From positions 623,052 to 687,051 of the forward strand of contig MNCI01002041.1 of the NCBI GenBank assembly GCA_015680685.1: a stretch of DNA of 64,000 bases. Direction: 5' to 3'. Below, piece after piece: positions 25,701 to 38,325 of the stretch. The DNA is from Gnetum montanum. Taxonomy: Eukaryota > Plantae > Gnetophyta. Made by a program: the position numbers and the translations under genes. How positions within the stretch are numbered: position 1 is the first letter of the stretch; every line of letters starts with the position of its first letter. A model generated the notes under the pieces. The model was not told where the DNA came from. It saw nothing but the letters and a program-made list of their open reading frames with translations, and did no database searches.

Positions 25701-26238
25701 TACAAATAAGTCCATCATCAACTTGTTGAAGTAGATGCTTGGCAATAGCAAAAGGTGGTGGCATAAGCAAATCCTTTACGTTCTATGGGCCTACAGAACG
25801 ACATGCAAAACCGCGACAAGTAAGACTCCTTACAGTCTTGTTTATGGATCTGAAGCTATGTTGCCTCTTGAGTTGCAAGTACCATCACTTCGGATTATCC
25901 TCTTGGATGTCGTGAGCAAATCCTAGAACAACAAGTCACAGATCATCAACCTCGACTCAATAGAAGAGGAGCGCGCGCAGACGCTGAGACGCATAGAGCA
26001 CTACCAGAGAAAGCAACAACAAAAGCACTGTGCAAACCCGCATCGATGGCTAGTATTGAAAGGAGACCTCATCCTCAAGGCTGTCCTTGAGCATGTGAGC
26101 AAATTCTCAGCCAACTGGGAAAGTCCTTACATGGTCACTAAAGCCTTCGGGAATGGAGCCTTCAAGCTGGCGAACATGGACGGCAACGAGTTCGCCAACT
26201 TGGTGAATCACTTATACCTCAAGTTGTACTACATCTGA
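22757..26238 (+). pseudogene. pol of Tat element 1: RT, RNase H, additional archaeal-type RNase H, integrase
   Basis: LSFMDGFSNYNQI, MPFGLKNA and DYVDD (RT); PVYYLS..YNEVERHCLAL (RH); LHFDGAS..TNNVAKYEGL..IRGDSQLVVNQ (aRH); WPFQRWGLDLIGP..YFTKWVEA..DNGPQF (INT). Many in-frame stops. Confidence 0.95.
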
Positions 26239-26261
26239 AGCATGATGACATTAAGCAGTGT

Positions 26262-26655
26262 CTATAACGACGTTAAACTAGCAACATCGAGCAGCATTCA
26301 TAATGATGTTAAACTAGTGGCATCGAGCATTGTCTGCAATGACGTTAAACTAGCGACATCGAGTAGCGTCTGCAATGATGTTAAACTAGCAGCATCAAGC
26401 AGCATACACAATGATGTTAAACTAGCAACATCGAGTAGTATCCACAATGACATTAAACTAGCACCGCCAAGCACCATCCACTACGATGATAAACTGGCAA
26501 CAACAACAAGCAACGTCTGCTACGACATTAAATTGGCGGTAATCGTCCACTACGATGTAAAAATGGTATGTACGATTTTTTGGGACCTTAAACTAGCACA
26601 GCAGTCCGCTTGGACTCTAAACCAGCACACGGTCCACCAGGAACTTAAACGGGGT
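26262..26655 (+). repeat. ~36-bp tandem repeat with GACGTTAAACTAGCA core downstream of integrase
   Basis: Core at 26275, 26311, 26347, 26383, 26419, 26455, 26491 and onward. Confidence 0.9.
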
Positions 26656-27709
26656 TCGCGTCATGCCCCTAGCATGCATCTACGTCAAGTACACATCGAA
26701 CAAGCATGCACAGTGCCGATGTGGGTGTGGGACGTTGTAGCTCCAGAACGTAGTTCACGACGCACTAAGAACACGATCTGGAACACATGCAACGTCGCCA
26801 CCCTTGGCATCGTGTTGACCCTCAAGAGATGACGTATGACATCACACTAGCCCACCGGACCTACCGTTGCCATAGCCCACCACCTTGATGATAGTTCCTT
26901 GGCCAGTGCCTACCGTTGGAGTTCCAGCAGTATTGTGGCCCAGCCACAATATTGTCATCCTCCAGCCCCTTGCCAATGCCTCAACTTAAACGATGTTTAG
27001 CTATGTGGTAGCTAATCTCATAGCTGAACCGAGAATGCATGCCTTTGGCAGGGATTCCAGAGCATCTGCACTCACAGCAGCTCCTGGCGCCTTTGATGCA
27101 AACTCCTCCATGCCGATGCTGCCAAGGCCGCTGCTGGCCTTTCTACTTTGGACACTGTGCACTAGCATGGATATCCAAGAGCTTCAACAATGTCTGTGGC
27201 AAGCAAGACCTTTACCCTCGGTTTGCATCATGGTTGTTTCGCTCTTCGTCATTCTTACAGGGTGCAGCTAAAAGCATGTCCAAGCCACAGTAGCAAGTGC
27301 TACGGCATCGCGAAGTGAGTGCCTCGACTAGCTTGACTACTTTAGAGTGCAAATTCCATGACATGCGTAACACAGCTCGCCACATGGGAAGCATCTGTAG
27401 GTAGGTCAAAACCCTTTGCGGATGTAACATAGCTGATCCTGCGAAGGAAACACCTATCCTACATGAGGTCGAAGGTCAGAGTAAAGATGAAAATGTGAAA
27501 AAATCCCTCATGAGCACTCCGACGAGGGGCTTTGCTAAACCTCATCTTTTCCCTTTTCCTGGAAACCAATGCAACACTCTCAAGCACAGCCAAGTGACGT
27601 CTTGGCACTCACCAAGCAGCAACGTTAGCATCGTGCCTTCCGTGGTGTTTCGTTTTCTTTGTCAACATCTCTTGAGCCCATCCTCCAGATGTCGACAAAG
27701 AGGGACCAA

Positions 27710-29257
27710 TGAAACACCCCAAAATCCGAAGGTGTGCCTGCTTCACCAAGCTTTTACAATTCGCGCAGTGTTACGGCAGTTCTTCAGGAGATGGATGCTC
27801 TGATTTTTAGACTGTCTGCTTCAACAAGTTTTCTAAGTTAAGAAGTCTTGCTACGCTACGCTGTGTAGCATAGAAAACTTCAAAAGAAGTTTGCAGAAGC
27901 ATAGTGCTACGCTATGGTGTGCTACGCAGTGTAGCAAAGTGTAGCAAAAGTTGGACAACCAGTCCCTTCGCCCAACTTCAAGTCCTTCGGCAATGTCTCC
28001 TTTCATTATAAAGTGACAAACTTGGCAAAATAAGTCATTTTTGCTGCTACACTACGCTAAGCTACAAGACGTAGCAAGGCGTAACAATTCTGCGGAAGTG
28101 ACAGAAGGAATCTCAAAGGGCAGGATCAGCAAGTTTGCAAGTTTCACAATGCAAAAGACAAAGTTTGCAAGTTGGCGATGTTTTTTGCAACTAAGGACAG
28201 CTGCTACGCTATGATACACTACGTAGCGTATCATAGCGTAGCAAATCTACAACCAGCAGTCACAACACTACAAAAGTTCCCAACACATGCAGTGGGACAT
28301 AATGTAGATTGTTTTGCTTCAAATTGACGGTTACGCTACACTACGCTGTGTAGCGTAGCACAGTGTGACAAGATGCCACACTACACCAAGCATGCTACAC
28401 TACAAAGCATGGCAAGGCATGGCAAGTGGTTACGCAACATTAATGCACCTCAACAGTCAGGTTTGTAATTACGGCGTGGCAGGCTCACCCAATGGTCATG
28501 CAAGCACGTGTAGCATAGACAAGTTAGCATAGGCCTAAGGCACGTGCCATTTAAACCGCATATTTCGTGTGCCCTTGGTCGTATAAATACTTCAGTGAAC
28601 AATGCTAAAAGGCCTCTAGCACTCGGGCTCTATTTTTGCACTTTCCGTTCTAGTTTTCTGAGTAGTCAAGTTGGCTAACAATTTTGTTGGCTGACAAGCA
28701 AGCAAGATAACACCGTAACCTTGAGCAATATAAGCTTCCTTTTTTGACATTGTAAACAATTAGCATTCTTAGTTGGCATTTTGTTATGCTCTTTCCTACC
28801 ACCTTGGTAGCACTTTGCATTGTTAACGCCTGAGTCTACATTCAAGCACACAACTGTCTCGCTCTATACATCTTGGTTACCCTTGGGATCTCTGCACTTC
28901 CTAGCGTTGTGCAACCGATTGCATCTATCTTGACAGAGCGAATTTGTAGCTCTAAAGCGGTACATTTTTCTAACTGCATTTTACTTTGTCTCCTGCTTAT
29001 TATTGCATTGTACACTTTTTTTTTGCTTCTTTTACATTTAAGCATTACTTCACGCTATCAGTTTTCATTTTTCAAATCACACGTTGCAAAAGGTTATATA
29101 GACACCGACTAAGTCCATGTCTGATCGACCAGACCGTTCAAGGTGTCCCGTTTCCGTCCCATCGAGCATGGCCCTCCCGCAGAAATGAGGTTGAGACTGT
29201 CGGTGACCAATGAGCCCTCAGCGTTCTTTCCAGCCACTGACATTTTCGGTCGCTACA
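27710..29257 (+). repeat. 3' LTR of Tat element 1
   Basis: Preceded by PPT AAAGAGGG; followed by TSD GGTTA. Confidence 0.95.
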
Positions 29258-29517
29258 GGTTAGATAAATAATTATTTATAATGTTCTATAGTCAAAATGC
29301 TTTTTTGGTAAGAGAGTATAGTATGATTGATTAATGGCCATTGTAATCTTATCAAACCTTTAAGAAATGATTACTTTGTAGAATTTATGAAACTACCTTA
29401 TGAAACACCCAGTAGTTACAACAATAATGAATATTATCCACTCTTACATAAGCTTAATTCTTTTGATTATCTTTCTTTTATTTTATTTATGCTAATGTAT
29501 TCAGGCATGTGCTGTAG

Positions 29518-30399
29518 CATTATGGTATCAACATGTGTGGGTACGATTATAATTTTTGGGTGCTTATTTGCATTTGCAATTATGACCGAAAGACAAGAGT
29601 CTCTCTTCCATGGAGGGACTTTGGCATCTGTCTTATGCATTTTGGTATGGTTTGAATTCACATCATGTTTCTTTGGTGCATTGGTCACTCTTTACATGTT
29701 TGAGGTTAGTACATCATTAAATTCAACATTTATTTTGCCAAGATCTTATTAATCAAGAAGTATGATTCAAAATGATTTCATTGCAATCACCATCACCTCA
29801 ACAAAATGGGGTAACCATACCAAAAATGGCAAGATCCAAGATGATTTTTTCTATGTTCAGTGTGAATGGATATTTTTACTATGACAAGTTACATTCCATG
29901 TTATGCAATATGTTAAATTCTTTGAACAAAAATGACACCTATGTTACATCTTCTAGCCTTGAATTGAATTAAATAAAAATATCTTAATGTTTGAGACTTA
30001 TATTTTATATATTCAGTTTCCATTAATCTTATTTAAATGAATGCTTTCAATTGTGTGACAAATATACCTTGGGCTTGTAGTTTTTCTTGGATATATTATT
30101 TTTAACATACAAATTAAGAAGGTGCATCTTGGGGATTACGATAATGTTGCCTATACATCTAACATCTTTATTAGCCTTGTAGAAGTTTTATTCCACATTT
30201 TGATGATATTGGTGAGTTAATAGTACTCTTTACTATACAAAGGTTTTTTGTACCTTATCACCTCTGGCTACACTTTGCTTGAACTAAGATTGTGATGTCA
30301 TTGGCTTCACTTTGCTTAAATGAAGATTGTGATGTCAATGTCTATGCAAACTAAGAATGCAGCTAAAAAATCCTACAAGAACAAAAAGAAAAATGATTG
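29518..30399 (+). pseudogene. BI-1: Bax inhibitor-1 3' fragment, copy D (best preserved)
   Basis: tag|(S)IMVSTCVGTIIIFGCLFAFAIMTERQESLFHGGTLASVLCILVWFEFTSCFFGALVTLYMFE|gttag; next exon 30062-30211; last exon TKNAAKKSYKNKKKND*. Both downstream acceptors are mutated AG>AA. Confidence 0.9.
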
Positions 30400-30962
30400 A
30401 ATGATAATGTTCTCTTTAAAACAGGGTTTCTTTGATAACAATTATGGAAATTTTCCTACAAATTAAGCTGTAATGAAGCATCAAACTGCAAAAATTGTAA
30501 ATTGTAAATGTCTTTTACTAGTTTTTTGTGGGATTGTAAATTGAAACTCGTAAATGTGATGTGGCTTTAACACCTATATTTATTGAAAATAAAATCTGAT
30601 AGTGGAGTACCTTTCACTCACAAGATTTATACTTATATTCTTTTGTTTTAATGTTGGAAATGATTAGGCATGTTGTTTTATGAACCTAGATGATTAAAAT
30701 TAGGTTCGACTAACAATTATTTATAATATTCTATAGTTAAAAATATTTTTTGGTAAGAAAGTATAATATGATTGATTAATGATCATTGTAATCCTATTAA
30801 ATCTTTAAGAAATGATTTCTTTGTAAAATTTATGAAACTACCTTATTGAACACCTAGTAGTTACAACAATGAATATTATCCACTTTTATAGATAATAAAG
30901 AGTGTTAGGTTGATTCTTTTGATCATCATTCTTTTATTTATACTAATGTTTTCGGGCTACAA

Positions 30963-31808
30963 CATTATGGTATTAGCATGTGTGGGTATGATTATAATTT
31001 TTGGATGCTTCTCTACATCTCCAATTATGGAGTGAGAGTATCTCTTTCTTGGAGGAACATTGGCATCTCTCTTAGGCATTTTGGTATAGTTTGAATTTGC
31101 GTCATGTTTCTTTGGTGCCTTGGTCACTTAGTTGCTCTTTATATGTTTAAGGTTAGTGCATCATTAAATTTAGCTTTTATTTTATTGAGATGTTATTTAT
31201 CAAAAAAGTATGATCCAAAATGACTTCACCACTATCACCATCATCTCAACAAAGTGGATTAACTCCTTAAAATCGAAAGACTCATGATTTGAAGATGATT
31301 TTTTCTATGTTCGATGTGAATGGATATTTTTACCATTACAGGTTACATTTCTATGTTACGCAATATGTTAAATTCTTTGAAAAAAATGACACCTACCTTA
31401 CATTTTCTGGCCTTGAATTGGATTAAATAAGAATCTCGTAATGTTTGAGTCTTATATTCTAGATCTTCAGTTGCCATTTATCTTATTTGAATGAATGCTT
31501 TTATTTGTGTGACAGATATACCTTGAGCTTGTAGTTTTTATTGGATATATAGATGATAATTGAGAAGGAATCTCTTGGGTGTTACGATTACATTACACAT
31601 GCATTTGACATCTTTATTAGCTTTGTAGAAGTCTTATTCCATGTTTTGATGATATTGGTGAGTTAATAGTACTCTTTACTATACATAGGTTGCCTGTAGT
31701 TTATCATACACTTTACTTGAACTAAGATTGTTATCTCTTATGTTGATGTCAATGTAGAGTAAGTATGTAGTTGAAAAATTCAAGAAGAAGAAAAAGAAAA
31801 ATGATTGA
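30963..31808 (+). pseudogene. BI-1: Bax inhibitor-1 3' fragment, copy E
   Basis: Same three exons, with stops and indels. Confidence 0.85.
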
Positions 31809-32772
31809 ATGATAATGTTACCTCTAAAATAGTGTTTCTTTGATAATAATTTGAGGTTTCTTTAATAACAATTTTGGAAGTTTTTTTGGGAAATTGAGTT
31901 GTAATGAAGCATTTGATTGTAAAAATCATAAATTGTAAATGTGATGTGGCTTTTAACATCTATATTTATTAAAAATAAAAGTTGCTAGCGGAGTACTTTT
32001 CAATCACAATATTCATAGTTATATTCTTTTGTTATAAACTAATTCAATATTTTGATGGAAAAGATTATTAATGGGAACTTCCTAAAATGATTAGGCATGT
32101 TGTTTTATGGACCTAGATGGTTAAAATTAGGTTGGACCAATGATTATTATAATTTTCTAATAGGTAAAAAGCTTTTTTGATAAGAGAGTATAGTATGATT
32201 GATTAATGACCATTGTAATCTTATCAAATCTTTAAGAAATGATTGCTTTGTAGAATTTATGAAACTACCTTATTATGGAAAATGTAGTAGTTACAACAAT
32301 GATGAATATTGAACCACTCTTATTGATAATAAAGAGTGTAAGGTTATTCTTTTAATTATTTTTCTTTTATTTATGCTAATGTTTTTGGGCACGTACTATA
32401 GCATTATGGTATTAGAATGTGTGGGTATGATTATAATTTTTGGGTGCTTCATTGCATTTACAATTATGGCCCAAAAACGAGAGTATCTCTTTCTTGGAGG
32501 GACTTTGGGGAATTTTGGTATGGTTTGAATTTACATCATGTTTCTTTGGCCCCTTGGTTGCTCTTTATATGTTTGAGGTTAGTGCATCTTTAACTTCAAC
32601 ATTTATTTTTCTAATCTTATTTATCAAAAAGTATGATTCAAAATGATTTCGCTTTAGTCACCATCACATCAACAAAATGGGGTAACCCTTAAAATGGCAA
32701 ATGGGGTAACCCCTTAAAATGGCAAGATTCATGATTTGAAGATGATTTAATGGATATTTTTACCATGATAGG

Positions 32773-33731
32773 TGATAAGCAACGAGGTACCCCTACGCTC
32801 AATCATATGAATACGAGCGTTTCACGCACGATTTGGTCAAATTCCAAGGACTAAGTGCTTATGCGCCCTTGTAGAACAAGGACGGGTTGGTTCATCATTG
32901 TTTTCCCAAGCTTATTTGTATGTCACAATTGTATGGTTAAGTAAGCTTGAGGCATATGATTTTTATAGCTTTTATGTTTTTATGTCATGCGCTAATAGGG
33001 AAGGAGAGAGGTAACTAAGTGACTAATTTAACTTAACTACTCATTAACTAAGTTCTAACTAATCTTAGCACCAGCATCCGTTCCCACTTGCTGTACACAT
33101 CCTAAACTAGTGCAACACTATTGGGATTACCAAACGCTAATTGTTACTAGGCTACCAAGCGTTACACGCATGCTCGAAGTGGTTGTGCTTGTGGAATTTA
33201 ATGATTTGCTTAATTGATAAAAATGAATTGTTGTGCTAATAACAGAAATGTAAAGTGCATAAAATAAAATAAAATAACATAAATGCATAAGAAAACAAAT
33301 CTCAAGTGCTGCAAGGATAAATCAAAAAGCTCATCTTTATTGTCGTACATAAGGTATGCTCAGGTACACAATGCTCGAAGAAAGATCCATCCACACTTAG
33401 ACCTCCTACTGCGGGCACTTGGAAAATACTTTAACTTTCAAACAGACTACAATAGTTTTGCTACTTAATTGTTAAAATAATTTTTTCCAAATTGTGTGCC
33501 TAGGCACTGTATTTATAGGCTTGGGAGCAACTACTCTAATAATTAGAGTAACCACTCTAATAATTAGAATAACTGCTAAAGTAACCGCTAGAGTAACCAC
33601 TCTAATAATTAGAATAATTGCTACAGTAACCGCTAGAGTAACCACTCTAATAATTAGAATAACTGCTACAGTAACCTCTAGAGTAATCACTCTAATAATT
33701 AGAATGACTACTAGAGTACCCGCTCTCATCA
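32773..33731 (-). mobile_element. Athila-like solo LTR
   Basis: TGAT...ATCA termini; reverse-complement homology to LTR 43138-43937; TSD ATAGG/ATAAG (one mismatch); no internal region. Confidence 0.85.
33529..33722. repeat. ~42-bp tandem repeat with the near-palindrome ACTCTAATAATTAGA(G/A)T inside the solo LTR
   Basis: Directly visible. Confidence 0.85.
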
Positions 33732-36700
33732 ATAAGTTACCATTGTTACTTGGTTCCTTGGTTGCTCTTTATATGTTTGAGGTTAGTGCATCTTTAAATT
33801 CAACATTTATTTTTCTGATCTTATTTATCAAAAAGTATGATTCAAAATGATTTCGCTTCAATCACTATCACATCAACAAAATGGGGTAACCCTTAAAATG
33901 GCAAATGGGGTAACCCCTTAAAATGGCAAGATTTATGATTTGAAGATGATTTAATGGATATTTTTACCATGATAGGTTACCATTGTTACTCAATATGTAA
34001 AATTCTTTGAAAAAGAATGACACCTACCTTACATCTTCTAGCCTTGAATTGAATTAAGTAAAAATATCTTGATGTTTGAGTCTTGTTTTATAGATATCTT
34101 AATGGATTTGAATTTACATCATGTTTCTTTGTGGTCCCTTCATCACTCTTTACATGCTTGGGGTTAGTGCATCATCAAATTCAACATTTATTTTGCTGAG
34201 ATCTTATTTAACAAAAAGTATGATTCAAAATGATTTTACTGTAATCACCATCATCTCAACAAAATGGAGTAACCCTTGAAAATGGCAAATGGGGTAACTA
34301 CTTAAAATGGCAAGATTCAAAATGATTTGAAAATGATTTAATGGATATTTTTACCATGACAGTTAGCGTTGTTACGTAATATGTTAAATGCTTTGAACAA
34401 AAATGACACCTACCTTACATCTTCTAGCCTTGAATTGAATTAAATAAAAATATCTTAATGTATTTGAATTTACATCATGTTTCTTTGGTCCCTTGGGTGC
34501 TCTTTCCATGTTTGAGGTTAGTGCATCATTAAATTCAACATTTATTTTGCCAAGATCTTATTTATCAAAATGATTTCACTGCAATGACCATCATCTCAAC
34601 AAAATGGGGTAAAATGGCAAGATTCATGATTTGAAGATGAGTTAATGGATATTTTTACCATGATAGGTTACCGCTGTTATGCAATATGTTAAATTCTTTG
34701 AACAAAAATGACACCTACCTTACATCTTGTAGCCTTGAATTGAATTAAATAAAAATATCTTAATGTTTGAATCATGTTTTCTACATATCTTAATGGATTT
34801 GAATTTACATCATGTTTCTTTGGTCTCTTGGTCACTCTTTACATGTTTGAGGTTAGTGCATCATTAAATTCAACATTTATTTTGTAGAGATCTTATTTAT
34901 CAAAAAGTATGATTCAAAATGATTTCACTACAATCACCATCATCTCAACAAAATGGCTAATCCCTTAAAATGGCAAATGGGGTAATCCTTAAAATGGCAA
35001 GATTCATGATTTGAAGATGATTTAATGGATATTTTTACCATGATAGGTTGCTGCTGTTACGCAATATGTTAAATTCTTTGAACACAAATGACACCTACCT
35101 TACATCTTCTAGCCTTGAATTGAATTAAATAAAAATATCTTAATGTTTGAGTCTTATTTTATAGATATCTTAATGGATTTGAATTTACATCATGTTTCTT
35201 TAGTCCCTTGGTCTAGGTTAGTGCATCATTAAATTCAACATTTATTTGTTAAGATCTTGTTTATCAAAATCATTTCACTGCAATCACCATCATCTTAACA
35301 AAATGGGGTAACCCTTAAAATAGCAAATGAGGTACCCACTAAAATGGCAAGATTCATGATTGAAGATGATTTAATGGATATTTTTACCATGAAAGGTTAT
35401 TGATGTTACGCAATATGTTAAATTTTTTGAACAAACATGACATCTACCTTACATCTTTTAGCATTTAATTAAATTAAATAAAAATATCTAAATGTTGGAG
35501 TCCTGTTTTATAGATATCTTAATGGATTTGAATTTACATCATGTTTCTTTGGTCCCTTGGTTGCCTATTTCCATGCTTGAGGTTAGTGCATCATTAAATT
35601 CACCATTTATTTTGCCAAGAACTTATTTATCAAAAAGCATGATTCAAAATGATTTCATTGTAATCACCGTCATCTCAACAAAATGGGCCAACCCCTTAAA
35701 ATGAGAAATGGGGTAACCTATGACAAGATTCATGATTTGAAGATGATTTAATGGATATTTTTACCATGACCGGTTACTGTTGTTACGCAATATGTTACCT
35801 ACCTTGTATTTTCTAGCCTTAAATTGAATTAAATAAAATTATCTTAATGTTTGAGTTTTGTAGATATCTTAATGGATTTGAATTTACACCATGTTTCTTT
35901 GGTCCCTTGGTTGCTTTTTACTGTTTGAGGTTAGTGCATCATTAAATTCAACATTTATTTTGCCGAGATCTAATTTATCCAAAAGTATGATTCAAAATAA
36001 TTTCACTGGAATCACCATCATCTCAACAAAATGGGGTAACCCATTAAATTGGCAAGATTCATGATTTGAAGATAATTTAATGGATATTTTTACCATGACA
36101 GGTTACCGCTATTACGCAATATGTAAAATTCTTTGAACAAAAATGGCACCTACCTTACATCTTGTAGCCTTGAATTGAATTAAGTAAAAATATCTTAATG
36201 TTTGAGTCTTTTTTCATAGATATCTTTATGGATTTGAATTTACATCATGTTTCTTTGGTCCCTGGTTGCTTTTTACATGTTTGAGGTTAGTGCATCATTA
36301 AATTCAACATTTATTTTGCCGATATCTTATTCATGAAAAAATGTGATTCAAAATGATTTCACTGCAATCAACATCCTCTTACCAAAATGGGGTAACCCCT
36401 TAAAATGGAAAGGTTTATGATTTGAAGATGATTTAATAGATATTTTGCCATGTTACAGTTGTTATGCAATATGTTAAATTATTTGAACAAAAATGACACT
36501 TACCTTACATCTTTTAGCCTTGAATTGAATTAAATAAAAATATTTTAAATGTTTGAGTTTCGATATTTAGTTGATATTAATCTTATTTGAATAAAAGCTT
36601 TTATTTATGCAACAAATATACCTTGGGCTTGTGGTTTTTCTTGGATATATAGATGATCATTGATAAGAAATATCTTGGGATTATGATTACGTTACCCATG

Positions 36701-37549
36701 CATTTGATCTCTTATTAGCCTTGTAGAAGTCTTATTCCACATTTTGATGATATTGGTGAGTTACTAGTATTTTTTACTATACAGAGGTTGTCTGTAGTTT
36801 ATTGCCTTTGGCTATGCTTTGCTTGAATTGAGATTGTTATTTCTTATGTCAATGTCTATGTAGACTAAGTATGCAACTGAAAAATCCAAGAAAAAGAAGA
36901 ATGATTGAATGATAATGTTACCTTTAAAACATGGTTTCTTTGATAAAAATTCTGGAAGTTTTTCTTGGAAATTGAGTTGTATTGAAGCATTTGATTGCAA
37001 AAATCATAAAGTGTAAATGTCTCTTACTACTTTTTTCTATGATTGTAAATTGAAACTTATAATTGTGATGTGGCTTTAACATTTGTATTTACTAAAAATA
37101 AAAGTTGATAGTGTTGTACTTTGCTGTCACAAGATTCGTAGTTATATTCTTTTTTTATAAACTAATTCAATATTTTGAAGAAAAAGATTGTTAATGGAGA
37201 CTTCTTGAAATGATTTGACATGTTGTCTTATTGTAAATATTTTTGGGTGATTTCTTTTAACGATTTATAGGCTTTATTTTATTGTGGGTTTTATGGACTT
37301 ACATGGTTAAAATTAGATTTGATAGATAATTATTTATAATGTTCTTCATTAATGATAAATAAATTGGTAGGAGAGTATAGTATGGTTGATTAATGACCAT
37401 TGTAATCTTAAGAAATGATTGCTTTGTGGAATTTATGAAACTACCTGTGCCAAGAAATTTATGGAACACCTAGTAGTTACAGCAATGATGAATATTATCC
37501 ACTCAATTCTTTTGATTATCTTTCTTCTATTTATGCTAATGTTTTTGAG

Positions 37550-38325
37550 CATTATGGTACTAGCATGTATGGGTAAGATTATAATTTTTGGGTGCTTCTA
37601 TGCATCTGTTGGGTGGCTTGGTTGCTCTTTACAAAGTGCATCATTAAATTCAACTTTTATTTTGCGGAGATCTTATTTATCAATCAGTATTGTTTAAAAT
37701 AAATTCATTATGATCACCATCATCTCAACAAAATGGGTTAACCTTTTAAAAAGGGAAAATTCATAGTTTGAATATGATTTTTTTTATGTTCCAGTGTGAA
37801 TGGATATTTTTACCATGATAGGTTACACTATGCTATTAAGCAATATGTTAAATTCTTTGAACAAAAATGATACCTACCTTACATCTTTTGGCCTTGAATT
37901 AAATTAAATAAGAATATCTTAATGTTTGAGTCCTATAATCTAAATATTCAATTGCCATTAATCTTATTTGAATGAATGATTTTATTTGTGTCACAGATAT
38001 ACCTTGGGCTTGTGGTTTTTTCTTGAATATATCATTTTTAACATATGATAATGTTTTTTTCTTGAATGTATCATTTTTAACATATAGATGATAATTAAAA
38101 AGGGTATTACAATTACATTAGCCATGCATTTTACCTCTTTATTAACCTTGTAAAGGTCTTATTCAAGTTTTGATGATATTGGTGAGTTAATGGCACATTT
38201 TACTACACATAGGTTGTTTGTACTTTATTACTTTCGACTACCCTTGAACGAAGATTGTGATATTGATGTCTATGCAGACTAAGAATGCAGCTGAAAAATC
38301 TAAGAAGAAGAATAGAAAATGATAA
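37550..38325 (+). pseudogene. BI-1: Bax inhibitor-1 3' fragment, copy G
   Basis: IMVLACMGKIIIFGC (internal deletion); cag|IYLGL...; cag|TKNAAEKSKKKNRK. Shares the local exon duplication seen in copy B. Confidence 0.8.

Larger units (their letters stand above)
10680..29257 (+). mobile_element. Full-length Tat-lineage (Ogre/Retand-like) Ty3/gypsy LTR retrotransposon, 18.6 kb, decayed
   Basis: TG...CA LTRs at 10680-12258 and 27710-29257; 5-bp TSD GGTTA (10675-10679, 29258-29262); PBS and PPT present; gag-PR-RT-RH-aRH-INT order. Confidence 0.95.
32520..36560 (+). repeat. Tandem array of ~9 units (~330-380 bp) of a BI-1 exon 3' end, donor and intron 5' part
   Basis: TTTGAATTTACATCATGTTTCTTT...GAGGTTAGTGCATCATTAAATTCAAC at ~32524, 33750 (partial), 34107, 34463, 34798, 35178, 35527, 35877 and 36233. 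Confidence 0.9.
32402..36908 (+). pseudogene. BI-1: Bax inhibitor-1 3' fragment, copy F, expanded by an internal tandem array and a solo LTR
   Basis: Exon starts at 32402; the next exon only resumes at ~36616; last exon ends at 36908. Confidence 0.8.

Noticed and set aside
26242-26832. 196-aa repetitive ORF (NDVKLA repeats)
   Set aside because: By-product of a 36-bp repeat; the homologous array in element 2 has a period that is not a multiple of three.
29327-29752. 141-aa ORF as a functional BI-1 gene
   Set aside because: Only one exon read through flanking intron sequence; downstream acceptors are mutated and 5' exons are absent.
33472-33850. TTLIIR-repeat ORFs
   Set aside because: Translation of the LTR tandem repeat running into a BI-1 unit.
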